Shown here in pieces: positions 10,902 to 18,624 of a stretch of DNA of 55,389 bases. Under the pieces are notes generated by a model. The model made no database searches. It saw only the letters and a list, made by a program, of their open reading frames with translations, and had not been told where the DNA came from. Origin of the DNA: Myxococcota bacterium (lineage in GTDB: Bacteria > Myxococcota_A > UBA796 > GCA-2862545); NCBI GenBank assembly GCA_039208735.1, contig JBCCQY010000051.1, forward strand, positions 1-55,389. Direction: 5' to 3'. Position 1 is the first letter of the stretch. Every line of letters starts with the position of its first letter. The translations under genes and the position numbers were made by a program.

Positions 10902-11066
10902 GTTGCCTCCGCCGTTGACCCTGTTTCTGTATGCTGAACGTGGGACATTCAGGGTCCGCGGCCGAAAAACCAGCGATCGGGTGCCCGAAAGCGGACCTTT
11001 GGGGGTTGGAGCCCGAGGGTTGCAGGCTCGTGGGCGGTCGCCTTCCCGATTCATACGTCTGCGGGC

Positions 11067-11864
11067 ATGCCTGAAGGACACACCATCCATCGACTCGCTC
11101 GCGACCACCAGCGCTGGTTCGCTGGCCAGTCCGTCACCGTGGCATCGCCCCAAGGACGCTTCGAGGCGGGAGCCCAAGCCCTGTCCGGCCGCACCCTGCG
11201 CGGCGTCGACGCCTACGGCAAGCACCTGTTCTACGACTTCGTTCGGGGGCCTATCCTTCACATCCATCTGGGGTTGTTCGGGAGGTTCCGCATGCGGAAG
11301 CGGCCCGCGCCGCAACGGGGCGCGCCAAGGATGGTTCTCGGCAACGACGAACGAGAGGTCCGCCTGTCGGGCCCTACGGCCTGTGAGGTTCTCACACGGG
11401 CTGACGCCAACGCCATCATGGCCCGACTTGGCCCTGATCCACTGCGTCCTCGCGCTTCGGGCAAGCGGTTTGTCGACACGGTTTGCCGTCGCAAGCGCCA
11501 AGCCGGAGCCTTGTTGCTCGATCAGTCCGTGGTGGCCGGCATCGGCAATGTCTACCGGTCTGAGTTGCTGTTTCGCATCGGGGTGCACCCCGCTACCCCG
11601 GGCCACGCGATTCCGCGCGCGTCGTGGGAGGCGTTGTGGCGCGACACCAAGGCCCTGTTGGCCATCGGGGTCACGCTGAACCGGATCGTGACCGTGGCCC
11701 CCGAAGAACGTGGCCACCGGGGCCCTCGTCAGCTGGTTCGAGGAGAGCGCGTGTATGTGTACCGACGTCGGACTTGCCTGCGCTGCGAGGGTCCCGTCGA
11801 GACCCTCACCATCGGCCAGCGCAAAGCCTACGCCTGCCCCGCCTGTCAGCCGAGGGTCCCATGA
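11067..11864 (+). CDS. nei: Fpg/Nei family DNA glycosylase/AP lyase (endonuclease VIII-like)
   Basis: N-terminal PEGHT catalytic Pro-Glu, GKHLF, HLGLFG, LGPDPL, H2TH LLDQSVVAGIGNVYRSE, zinc finger CLRC...CPAC. Confidence 0.92.
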   Translation: MPEGHTIHRLARDHQRWFAGQSVTVASPQGRFEAGAQALSGRTLRGVDAYGKHLFYDFVRGPILHIHLGLFGRFRMRKRPAPQRGAPRMVLGNDEREVRLSGPTACEVLTRADANAIMARLGPDPLRPRASGKRFVDTVCRRKRQAGALLLDQSVVAGIGNVYRSELLFRIGVHPATPGHAIPRASWEALWRDTKALLAIGVTLNRIVTVAPEERGHRGPRQLVRGERVYVYRRRTCLRCEGPVETLTIGQRKAYACPACQPRVP

Positions 11865-13351
11865 GCGTTCAGGTGGTCTGGCTCAAGCGCGACCTGCGTC
11901 TCACCGACCATCTTCCGCTCGTGGAGGCGGCGAAGCGGGGGCCGGTGGCGTTGCTGTATGTCTATGAGCCTGATTTGTGGGCCGAGCCTGAGTTTGACGG
12001 TTCGCACCTAGGGTTCATCGGAGAGTGCCTCGATGCGATGGACGAAGCGTTGGCGCCCTTGGGGACGCGCGTGGTGCGCTGCGTCGGACGTCTACGGGTC
12101 GTGCTCGACGAACTAAGAGCATTCTGGGCCGATCAGGGAGGCTTGGGCGGCCTGTTCAGCCATCAAGAGACTGGTGGATTGTGGACCTATGCGCGGGACC
12201 GTCGGGTGGGCCGGTGGTGTCGCAACCACGGCGTGCCCTGGTCCGAGTTCGTGCAAGACGGAGTTGAGCGCGGGCCTTCGCAGCGCGATGGGTGGGCGTC
12301 TCGGTGGAAGCGCTTCATGCAGCAGCCCCTGGCTCCCGAGGCCACGTGGCAGCCCGCGCCGCTGCCGCCTCGCGATGCCGTGACAGACACCTTTGAGGGG
12401 CTTTGCAAGTCCCTCGGCATGGTCCCGACCTCCATCGTTGAGCGCCAACCGGGCGGAGCCTCGGTTGCCGAAGCGTGGCTCGACAGCTTCCTCCGCAAGC
12501 GCGTCGTGGACTACGCCAAAGGCATGTCCTCGCCGGTCACTGCGTGGGAGGCGTGCTCGCGCCTGTCGCCCTACCTCGCGTGGGGCGCATTGAGTCAGAA
12601 GCAAGTGCTACACAGGCTCGAAGCCTTCAAGCGGGGGCGGCCGAAGTTCAGGGAGGGCTACGAGGCGTTCCAGAGCCGACTCGCTTGGCGAAGCCACTTT
12701 ATCCAAAAGCTTGAAGACGAACCCGAGATGGAGGTGCGAAGCCTCGATCCGGCCGTCGACCGTGTTCGCCCGGACCGCGGCCTGGACTTGCCTGCGCTCG
12801 AGGCCTGGATGAAAGGCGAAACCGGCTATCCGCTCGTCGATGCGTGCATGCGTGCCCTCGCGCGAACAGGCTGGATCAACTTTCGGATGCGCGCGATGGT
12901 CGTGTCGTTTTCGAGCTATCACCTTTGGCAACCCTGGCCGACTCCGGCCAAACGACTCGCCCGCCACTTCCTGGATTTTGAACCGGGGATTCACTATCCC
13001 CAGTTCCAGATGCAATCCGGTACGACGGGCATCAACGCGCTACGCATCTATGACCCGGTGAAGCAGGTGCGTGACCAAGATCCCGATGGCCAGTTCATTC
13101 GGCAGTGGGTTCCCGAGTTAGCGCGCGTGCCCGTGCAACACCTCGCCGAACCCCATCGCATGTCGGGCATTGAGCAGGCCGAAGCAGGCTGCCGCATCGG
13201 CGTCGAGTACCCCGCTCCGATCGTCGAAAACGTGCCGTCCATCGTGAAGGCCCGTCGGATCATCGAGAGTGTGCGTCGTCGGCCCGAAAGCCGAGCCCGG
13301 TCCAGAGACGTTCACCGTCGCCACGGGTCTCGTCGAGGCCGTCGCCGTTGA
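11861..13351 (+). CDS. Photolyase/cryptochrome family flavoprotein
   Basis: VVWLKRDLRLTDH, SRLSPYLAWG, GETGYPLVDACMR, WINFRMRAM, DFEPGIHYPQFQMQSGTTGIN, DPDGQFIRQWVPEL. ATG at 11861 overlaps the nei stop (ATGA). Confidence 0.92.
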   Translation: MSVQVVWLKRDLRLTDHLPLVEAAKRGPVALLYVYEPDLWAEPEFDGSHLGFIGECLDAMDEALAPLGTRVVRCVGRLRVVLDELRAFWADQGGLGGLFSHQETGGLWTYARDRRVGRWCRNHGVPWSEFVQDGVERGPSQRDGWASRWKRFMQQPLAPEATWQPAPLPPRDAVTDTFEGLCKSLGMVPTSIVERQPGGASVAEAWLDSFLRKRVVDYAKGMSSPVTAWEACSRLSPYLAWGALSQKQVLHRLEAFKRGRPKFREGYEAFQSRLAWRSHFIQKLEDEPEMEVRSLDPAVDRVRPDRGLDLPALEAWMKGETGYPLVDACMRALARTGWINFRMRAMVVSFSSYHLWQPWPTPAKRLARHFLDFEPGIHYPQFQMQSGTTGINALRIYDPVKQVRDQDPDGQFIRQWVPELARVPVQHLAEPHRMSGIEQAEAGCRIGVEYPAPIVENVPSIVKARRIIESVRRRPESRARSRDVHRRHGSRRGRRR

Positions 13352-13360
13352 GAGGAAGGA

Positions 13361-13747
13361 ATGATGACCGAGTGGGAGCGCACCTTCGAAGTCTTGGTGC
13401 CCGTCGAGGCTTTGGAGCGTGCGGCAGACCGGTGGGCCGAAGGGCGGGCGCTGCTCCTCAATGCCAACAAGCCGGGCTATTCAGAGCGCTTCACCATCGA
13501 TTCGGGCCAGTATGAACTGTTGGTCGACGCCATCTTGCGTTCGTCCGAGACGCTAGCCAACGACCGAGGCGAGGTCAGGCTCAAGGACATCGTGGCGACG
13601 GTGCAACTCGAGTTGCAAGACCATCCGAAGTTCCCGGGCGGACGACTGACGAACTACGTGCGCTACGTGAAGGTTGATCTTGAAGCCAGGGGCTACTTGC
13701 GTCGGGTAGACGGCTCGGGTCCACAGAGGTTGCGCCGAAGGCCGTAG
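13361..13747 (+). CDS. Small hypothetical protein, DUF6958-like (probable winged-helix)
   Basis: RBS GAGGAAGGA; FPGG...YVRYVKVDLEARG...PQRLR resembles the recalled DUF6958 motif. Confidence 0.6.
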   Translation: MMTEWERTFEVLVPVEALERAADRWAEGRALLLNANKPGYSERFTIDSGQYELLVDAILRSSETLANDRGEVRLKDIVATVQLELQDHPKFPGGRLTNYVRYVKVDLEARGYLRRVDGSGPQRLRRRP

Positions 13748-14382
13748 TCACCCCTCAAATAGCTTCAGGATGCCGTGGTCGTCGATGTGGGGCAAGGTCG
13801 GGAAGCGCGTCTGGAGGGCGGGTGAGGCGTTGCCCATCACGAAGGGGTGGCCGACCGCTTCGAGCATCGGCAGGTCGCCGCTCGAGTCACCCACCGCCGC
13901 ACAGTCGGTTGGGTCGAAGCCGAGCGACGCGCACACCCGCACGATGGCGGTGCCCTTGTCGACGCCTCGCTTGGTGAGGGTCACGAAGTGCAGCCCCGGC
14001 AATGCGTCGCTCGTAGCGCTTGCCGCATACAGCGCGGACGGCGTGGCGTCCTCCAGCTGGGCGACACGCTGTGGTGTGTCGACGATCCACTGGGCCTTCA
14101 CGATGGGCGCGGAACCCGACGTCGCCAGAGCGTGGAGGTCGGCGGTGACGCCAGGAACGCCCAGCATTTGGACGTGTTGCGTGTGAGGCAGTGCGGGCCT
14201 TGGGGGCCGATGCGCTGGGCGATGACGGATGCGATGCCCCCCGACGGGCGGCCCGTGCAGACCGACAGCACCAGGCCGCTGTCGCGTGCCTTGTCGAGCG
14301 CAGACCAGACCTCCGGCGCGACTTCGCCCGTATGTCCGACGAGAGTTCCGTCGAGATCAAGGAAAGTAGCAGGGTAATGCAT
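13748..14382 (-). pseudogene. Cof-type HAD-IIB hydrolase, frameshifted and apparently internally deleted
   Basis: Motif I FLDLDGTL and CTGR lie in one frame (ATG 14382, RBS AGGAG); GVDKG and motif IV GDSSGDLPML...MGNA lie in another. Frame switch at about 14170-14195; combined length about 210 aa. Confidence 0.8.
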
Positions 14383-14429
14383 GGGTTCTCCTGATTCACT
14401 CGCAGGTCGGGCTTGTCGTGCATGAAAAG

Positions 14430-14466
14430 ATGAATACATTCACTTTTAGAAAGTGAACGGATTCAT
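14430..14466. promoter_or_regulatory. Tandem palindromic operator, probably the TetR autoregulatory site
   Basis: ATGAAT-ACA-TTCACTTT-TAG-AAAGTGAA-CGG-ATTCAT: AT-rich dyad containing two TGAA-N4-TTCA sites, ending 2 nt before the TetR ATG. Confidence 0.75.
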
Positions 14467-14468
14467 TT

Positions 14469-15146
14469 ATGAAGATTCCCACGTCTCCCAAGGGTCGCGC
14501 GACCCGGTCGCGTATCCTCAACGCCGCTTTGGCGTGCTTTGCCAGTGCGGGATTCGAACCCACGACGATCAAGGACATCGCCCAGGCGGCCGAGGTTTCG
14601 ACGGGCCTGATCTACCGCTACTTTCCGAGCAAGGATGCATTACTCCTCGGCTTTTACGAGCAGATGTCCGAGGAACTTGCCCTACAGGCGGAGAGTTTGC
14701 CCCGAGGCCGGTTGGGCATTCGGTTCAAAGCCTTGGTGGAACATCGGCTCGAGCGGCTCGGTCCGTACCGCGACGCCATGCAGAAGCTGGTGGGTCTGGC
14801 GCTTGACCCGGCATCGTCTGTGGGGGTGTTGTCGCCGATGACCGCCCGCATCCGGGAGCGAAATGCGGCGACCCACCGCTCCATCGTCGAGGGAGCCATC
14901 GACGTTTCATCGTCGGCGGTTCCGGGTTTGCCAGCGCTGCTCTACGCCGTCGACCTGTTGCTCCTGCTCGCGTGGGTGCAGGACCCAACGCCCGACCAAC
15001 GGGCCACCCACCGGCTCCTCGACTGGATCGCCTCCTCGGCCGGGTTCTTGCCCACCGCGATGTTGCTGCCCCCTGTGCAATCCGGCCTGCGCGAGCTGGG
15101 CCCGTTGATGGCTGAACTTCTTTCATTGCCCAAGGACGAATCATGA
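14469..15146 (+). CDS. TetR/AcrR family transcriptional regulator
   Basis: HTH TRSRILNAALACFASAGFEPTTIKDIAQAAEVSTGLIYRYFPSKDALL. Confidence 0.95.
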   Translation: MKIPTSPKGRATRSRILNAALACFASAGFEPTTIKDIAQAAEVSTGLIYRYFPSKDALLLGFYEQMSEELALQAESLPRGRLGIRFKALVEHRLERLGPYRDAMQKLVGLALDPASSVGVLSPMTARIRERNAATHRSIVEGAIDVSSSAVPGLPALLYAVDLLLLLAWVQDPTPDQRATHRLLDWIASSAGFLPTAMLLPPVQSGLRELGPLMAELLSLPKDES

Positions 15147-15802
15147 AGACCGTTTTCCAGGCCCTCGCGGCAGGTGCTGAGGCCTATGCAGACCTCGACG
15201 TGTTTCGAGCCGTGCGTGATGATCGCATCCCGGTCGATGCCTTTCCCTCGTTTTTCGTCGAACAGGCGATGGCCGCACGCTGGTTCCAAGACTTCATCTG
15301 GGCGGGCACAGCGATTGAGGCAGGTCCGTTGGCGGCGTTCGCAGCCGCGCATCGTCGTCGCGACTCGGGCCACTACCGCTGGTCCGAACGGGATCTGGCT
15401 CGCTTCGGCCTGCCTGCGCTCGACCTCGACGCCGCCTTTGCGCTCGACCGACTCGACACCCGCATCCAACTGGCCCGCATCCTGGCGCTCTTTCACGAGG
15501 CGACGACCGAGATGCGCTTGGTTGTGTTGCTCGCGCTTGAGCGGGCGGGCGACATCACGTTGTCGACGCTAAACGGCTACGTCCACCGCCACGGCCTTGC
15601 AGAACGCACGCACTACCTGGGAGATGCCCACGTTGCGGTCGAAGAAGACCAAGCCGCACGAATTGCCGAGGCGCTAGGGCCCGTCCTCGCGTCGTCGGAC
15701 CCTCAGCTCCTCGAGACGGTGCGCATCACGTTCGACGCGTTGTCGAGGATGTTCGCCGATGGTGGCTCCCGGCACTGGAGCCGCTGGATGGAGGCGGCGT
15801 GA
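15143..15802 (+). CDS. Heme-oxygenase-like (HDO/TenA-PqqC-CADD fold) putative diiron protein
   Basis: All-helical 219 aa with HRRRDSGHYRW...DL, LALERAG and HYLGDAHVAVEEDQ, matching the spacing of HO-like metal-ligand motifs; ATGA-coupled to tetR. Confidence 0.6.
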   Translation: MKTVFQALAAGAEAYADLDVFRAVRDDRIPVDAFPSFFVEQAMAARWFQDFIWAGTAIEAGPLAAFAAAHRRRDSGHYRWSERDLARFGLPALDLDAAFALDRLDTRIQLARILALFHEATTEMRLVVLLALERAGDITLSTLNGYVHRHGLAERTHYLGDAHVAVEEDQAARIAEALGPVLASSDPQLLETVRITFDALSRMFADGGSRHWSRWMEAA

Positions 15803-16512
15803 CGCCGGACGTGGACACCGTCTTCGACGAAGTGCGTGAACTGGCCAAGATCGTGGGGGTGGCCGTCGACGAGGCTGTGCTGTCCCGCCTGGCTCCCCAT
15901 GCCGCGACCTATGCGGAGTTCACCGTGAGCCCTCATGCAATCGAGCTGATCGTGTCCGACGAGCCTCGGAAGGTGTGCGAGACGGCGCGAGCCTTGGGCA
16001 CGTCGAACCCTGCGCTTGCCGCCTTTGACGCTTGCATTGCTGCACTGTCGCCTCGCATGGTGGGCCTCAAGGTGCCGTTTCCCCGTCATGGCGAAGGTTC
16101 GCCGACGCTGTATGTCCGGCTGCTCATGCCGCTCGACGAAGGCTTGTCGTTTCTGCAGTCCCTCGTTCCCATCGACGACCTTCGGCTTCGACTCGCTCAC
16201 AACGCAGTCCTCTATGGCTTGGCGTTCATGGGCGAGCCGCTCATCGTGAAGACCTACACGCTGTGTGATGATGGGTTTGAGAGCTTCCGACTGGATGCGC
16301 GCGGGCTTCGACCCGAACGCAAGGCCTATCGCGCGTCGGCCACCGTCGAGCCTGCCACCGGGGCGTGGGGCCAGGTGGTGGCCGCGTTGCGCAAACGCGG
16401 GCGGCTCCGGGCGGATCATGTCGCGACCCTCGAAGTGGGAGACTCCCTCGTCGAGCCCAAGCTCTACTTCGAACGGATCGGAGCCGTGCCCACCGACTGG
16501 TCTGCCCGATGA
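15799..16512 (+). CDS. Hypothetical protein, putative ABBA/PT-barrel (aromatic prenyltransferase-like) fold
   Basis: GTGA-coupled with RBS GGAGG; five apparent beta-hairpins with TLY, KTY, KAY and KLY strands; N-terminal helix resembles NphB-type starts. Fold assignment is inference. Confidence 0.45.
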   Translation: MTPDVDTVFDEVRELAKIVGVAVDEAVLSRLAPHAATYAEFTVSPHAIELIVSDEPRKVCETARALGTSNPALAAFDACIAALSPRMVGLKVPFPRHGEGSPTLYVRLLMPLDEGLSFLQSLVPIDDLRLRLAHNAVLYGLAFMGEPLIVKTYTLCDDGFESFRLDARGLRPERKAYRASATVEPATGAWGQVVAALRKRGRLRADHVATLEVGDSLVEPKLYFERIGAVPTDWSAR

Positions 16513-17360
16513 ACACGTTGTGGGCCTATGTCGCGTGGATGCGGCCAGCGGGGCTTGCCGTCACGTTCGTCTGGGTGTTCACCGGCTGGGCGGCCTCCCC
16601 GCGTCATCCCACCACCTTCGAGGGTGTGCTGACCGATATGATGTGGCTCCTTGGCGTGAACGGGCTCCTCTTGTGGAGCGGCACCAATGCCATCAACGGC
16701 GCGGAAGACGACGATGATGGTCCGGTCAACCTGCTCACCACGCCTCCGCCGAAACCTCGGTACCTGGGCCCGGTTGGCTACGGACTACTCGGCTTGGCGA
16801 GCGTAGCCGCGCTCACGCGAGGCCCCACGGCGGCCGCACTCGTCGCAGTCGCCGCCGGGTTGGGCTGCGTTTACTCGGTTCGCGGGATGCCGTGGCCGCG
16901 GGGCAAAGACATCGTCGGGGTCGACATCGCCATCAACGCGCTCGGATGCGGTCTGGGATCGGTGCTGCTTGGCTGGGCGAGTACGGGAATGCCGTTGAAT
17001 GGCGAGGTGGTGTGGGTGGGGCTCGCGTTCTCGGTGGCCGTGTTTGGTGGGTTCCCCACCTCGCAGATTTTCCAGCTTGGAGATGGCCATCGGAATTGGA
17101 CGGCCGCGGTGGGTCCACGACGGGTCCTACAGTTGGGAACTCTGCTGTTTCTGCTCCACATTGCCATGTTGGCGCCACGGGGACCGTGGTCGGGTGGGCC
17201 GAGCCTTGGGATGGCGGTGTGGGTCGGGACGACGCTGATGGCAGCCGTGCACTCGCTGTGGTGGTCGCAGACCCCCCACACCGACGCCTACCGCCGCATG
17301 CAGCGGCAGCTTGGTTTGCTCATTGTCGGGCAGCTGGCGTGGTCGCTCGCCCAACTCTAG
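16509..17360 (+). CDS. UbiA family membrane prenyltransferase
   Basis: Multi-TM; early MRP, Asp-rich NAINGAEDDDDG, YS....PRGK motif; ATG 16509 overlaps the previous stop (ATGA). Confidence 0.8.
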   Translation: MNTLWAYVAWMRPAGLAVTFVWVFTGWAASPRHPTTFEGVLTDMMWLLGVNGLLLWSGTNAINGAEDDDDGPVNLLTTPPPKPRYLGPVGYGLLGLASVAALTRGPTAAALVAVAAGLGCVYSVRGMPWPRGKDIVGVDIAINALGCGLGSVLLGWASTGMPLNGEVVWVGLAFSVAVFGGFPTSQIFQLGDGHRNWTAAVGPRRVLQLGTLLFLLHIAMLAPRGPWSGGPSLGMAVWVGTTLMAAVHSLWWSQTPHTDAYRRMQRQLGLLIVGQLAWSLAQL

Positions 17361-18624
17361 GCACGATCCAGGCGTTCGATCGCAACGTTGCCAGAGATTG
17401 CGTCAGGTCCACGTCAGGCCGAATCAAGCGCTGCCGAGGGTGGCCGTTGAGGCTTGCCCAAGCGTCGGCGAACACGGCAACGTCCCGACCTTCCGCGGCA
17501 TGGCGCTTCGCCAGATGAAGGGCGTAGTCGCGAATCATGTCGGGCTGGGTGCGCATATGCTGATGCTGCAGGGGGGTAAGTTCGGCCGAGGGATAGGCGC
17601 GCCACACGCGGCCGGTATTGCGCTCGACCACGCGATAATCCACGAGGCCAGTCTTCTCGTTGAGCAGAACGCGCCAGCCGAATCGGTACCCCTCCTCCGT
17701 CCATGCAACATCGTTGCTGAGGAACCAGGCGCGTCCAGGAAACAGTGCGATCGTCGCCATGCAAGCCAGCCAGATCGTCGCTCCCCGGCGTGAGATCGGG
17801 TCGGCGACGACGGTCGTAGCCTGGGGTAGGTCAAGCCAGGATCGGGGCCACGACGGAGAGAGCAGCACCGTTGCGGCGATGACCATCAACCAGGGGAAGA
17901 TGCCGATAGGAAACAGCACGCCGACTGCGATGTGAAAGCCTAGAAGCAGCGCCAAGCCAACGTTTCGGGTGTGCGGTGCCCACAGCAGAAAGGGAATGGT
18001 CAGGTCGTACGCTGCGCCGGACCAGCTCATGAGCCAGGCCGTAGGGTCCCAAGCGATCCACGGCCCCACCATGGGCCAGCCGGCTCGGGCTTGGAGCCAG
18101 GTGAGAAGGGGCTCGGCGCGAAAGAGCCAGTCTGGATTCAGCTTCGCAAGTCCGGCCCACACATACACGGTGGCGATCTCGATGCGGAATGCGGTGATGA
18201 CCCAGCGGGGCAAGGTGGGACCGCCGAACCGGGCGTGGGCGGCCGGTGTGACGAGTAGGGTGACGCCGAGCATCGTGAACAACACGTAGTGGTTGAGGTA
18301 GAGCGTCTTGTCGAGCAGTTCGACATACACAAAGCTGCCGAGCCACAGCCCCAACCAGACCCGAACGTGGCGGCCCCATGCAATGCCGAGCCCCGCCAAC
18401 GCCTGGGCCCCAAACAGTGCGTAGAGCCCCCACGTCGGCGGCATCACCGCCCAAGACACCCAAGCAAAGTGGAACGAGGGGTCAACCAGCAAGGTCTCGA
18501 CCCAACCCAGGGCGACGAAGCGAAGGGCTGCGAACGTCGCGAGGAGCCCAAAGCCAATGCGAAAGGCCGCGAGGCTCGCCGGATCCGTTGGGCGCTGGAG
18601 GTCGCGACGCAGACCGTCGATCAA
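17320..18624 (-). CDS. HTTM domain / vitamin-K-dependent gamma-carboxylase-like membrane protein
   Basis: DPASLAAFRIGFG, DKTLYLNHY, YVWAGLAKLNPDWL, IGIFPW, WTEEGYRFGWRVLL, QPDMI, SLNG...QRLI; TTG start directly follows the upstream stop. Confidence 0.9.
   Translation of the reverse strand: MIDGLRRDLQRPTDPASLAAFRIGFGLLATFAALRFVALGWVETLLVDPSFHFAWVSWAVMPPTWGLYALFGAQALAGLGIAWGRHVRVWLGLWLGSFVYVELLDKTLYLNHYVLFTMLGVTLLVTPAAHARFGGPTLPRWVITAFRIEIATVYVWAGLAKLNPDWLFRAEPLLTWLQARAGWPMVGPWIAWDPTAWLMSWSGAAYDLTIPFLLWAPHTRNVGLALLLGFHIAVGVLFPIGIFPWLMVIAATVLLSPSWPRSWLDLPQATTVVADPISRRGATIWLACMATIALFPGRAWFLSNDVAWTEEGYRFGWRVLLNEKTGLVDYRVVERNTGRVWRAYPSAELTPLQHQHMRTQPDMIRDYALHLAKRHAAEGRDVAVFADAWASLNGHPRQRLIRPDVDLTQSLATLRSNAWIVPRVGRATTPAARQ

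Noticed and set aside
10902..11717. N-terminal extension of the 637-aa ORF
   Set aside because: Overlaps nei on the opposite strand; a better start with an RBS exists at 10901.
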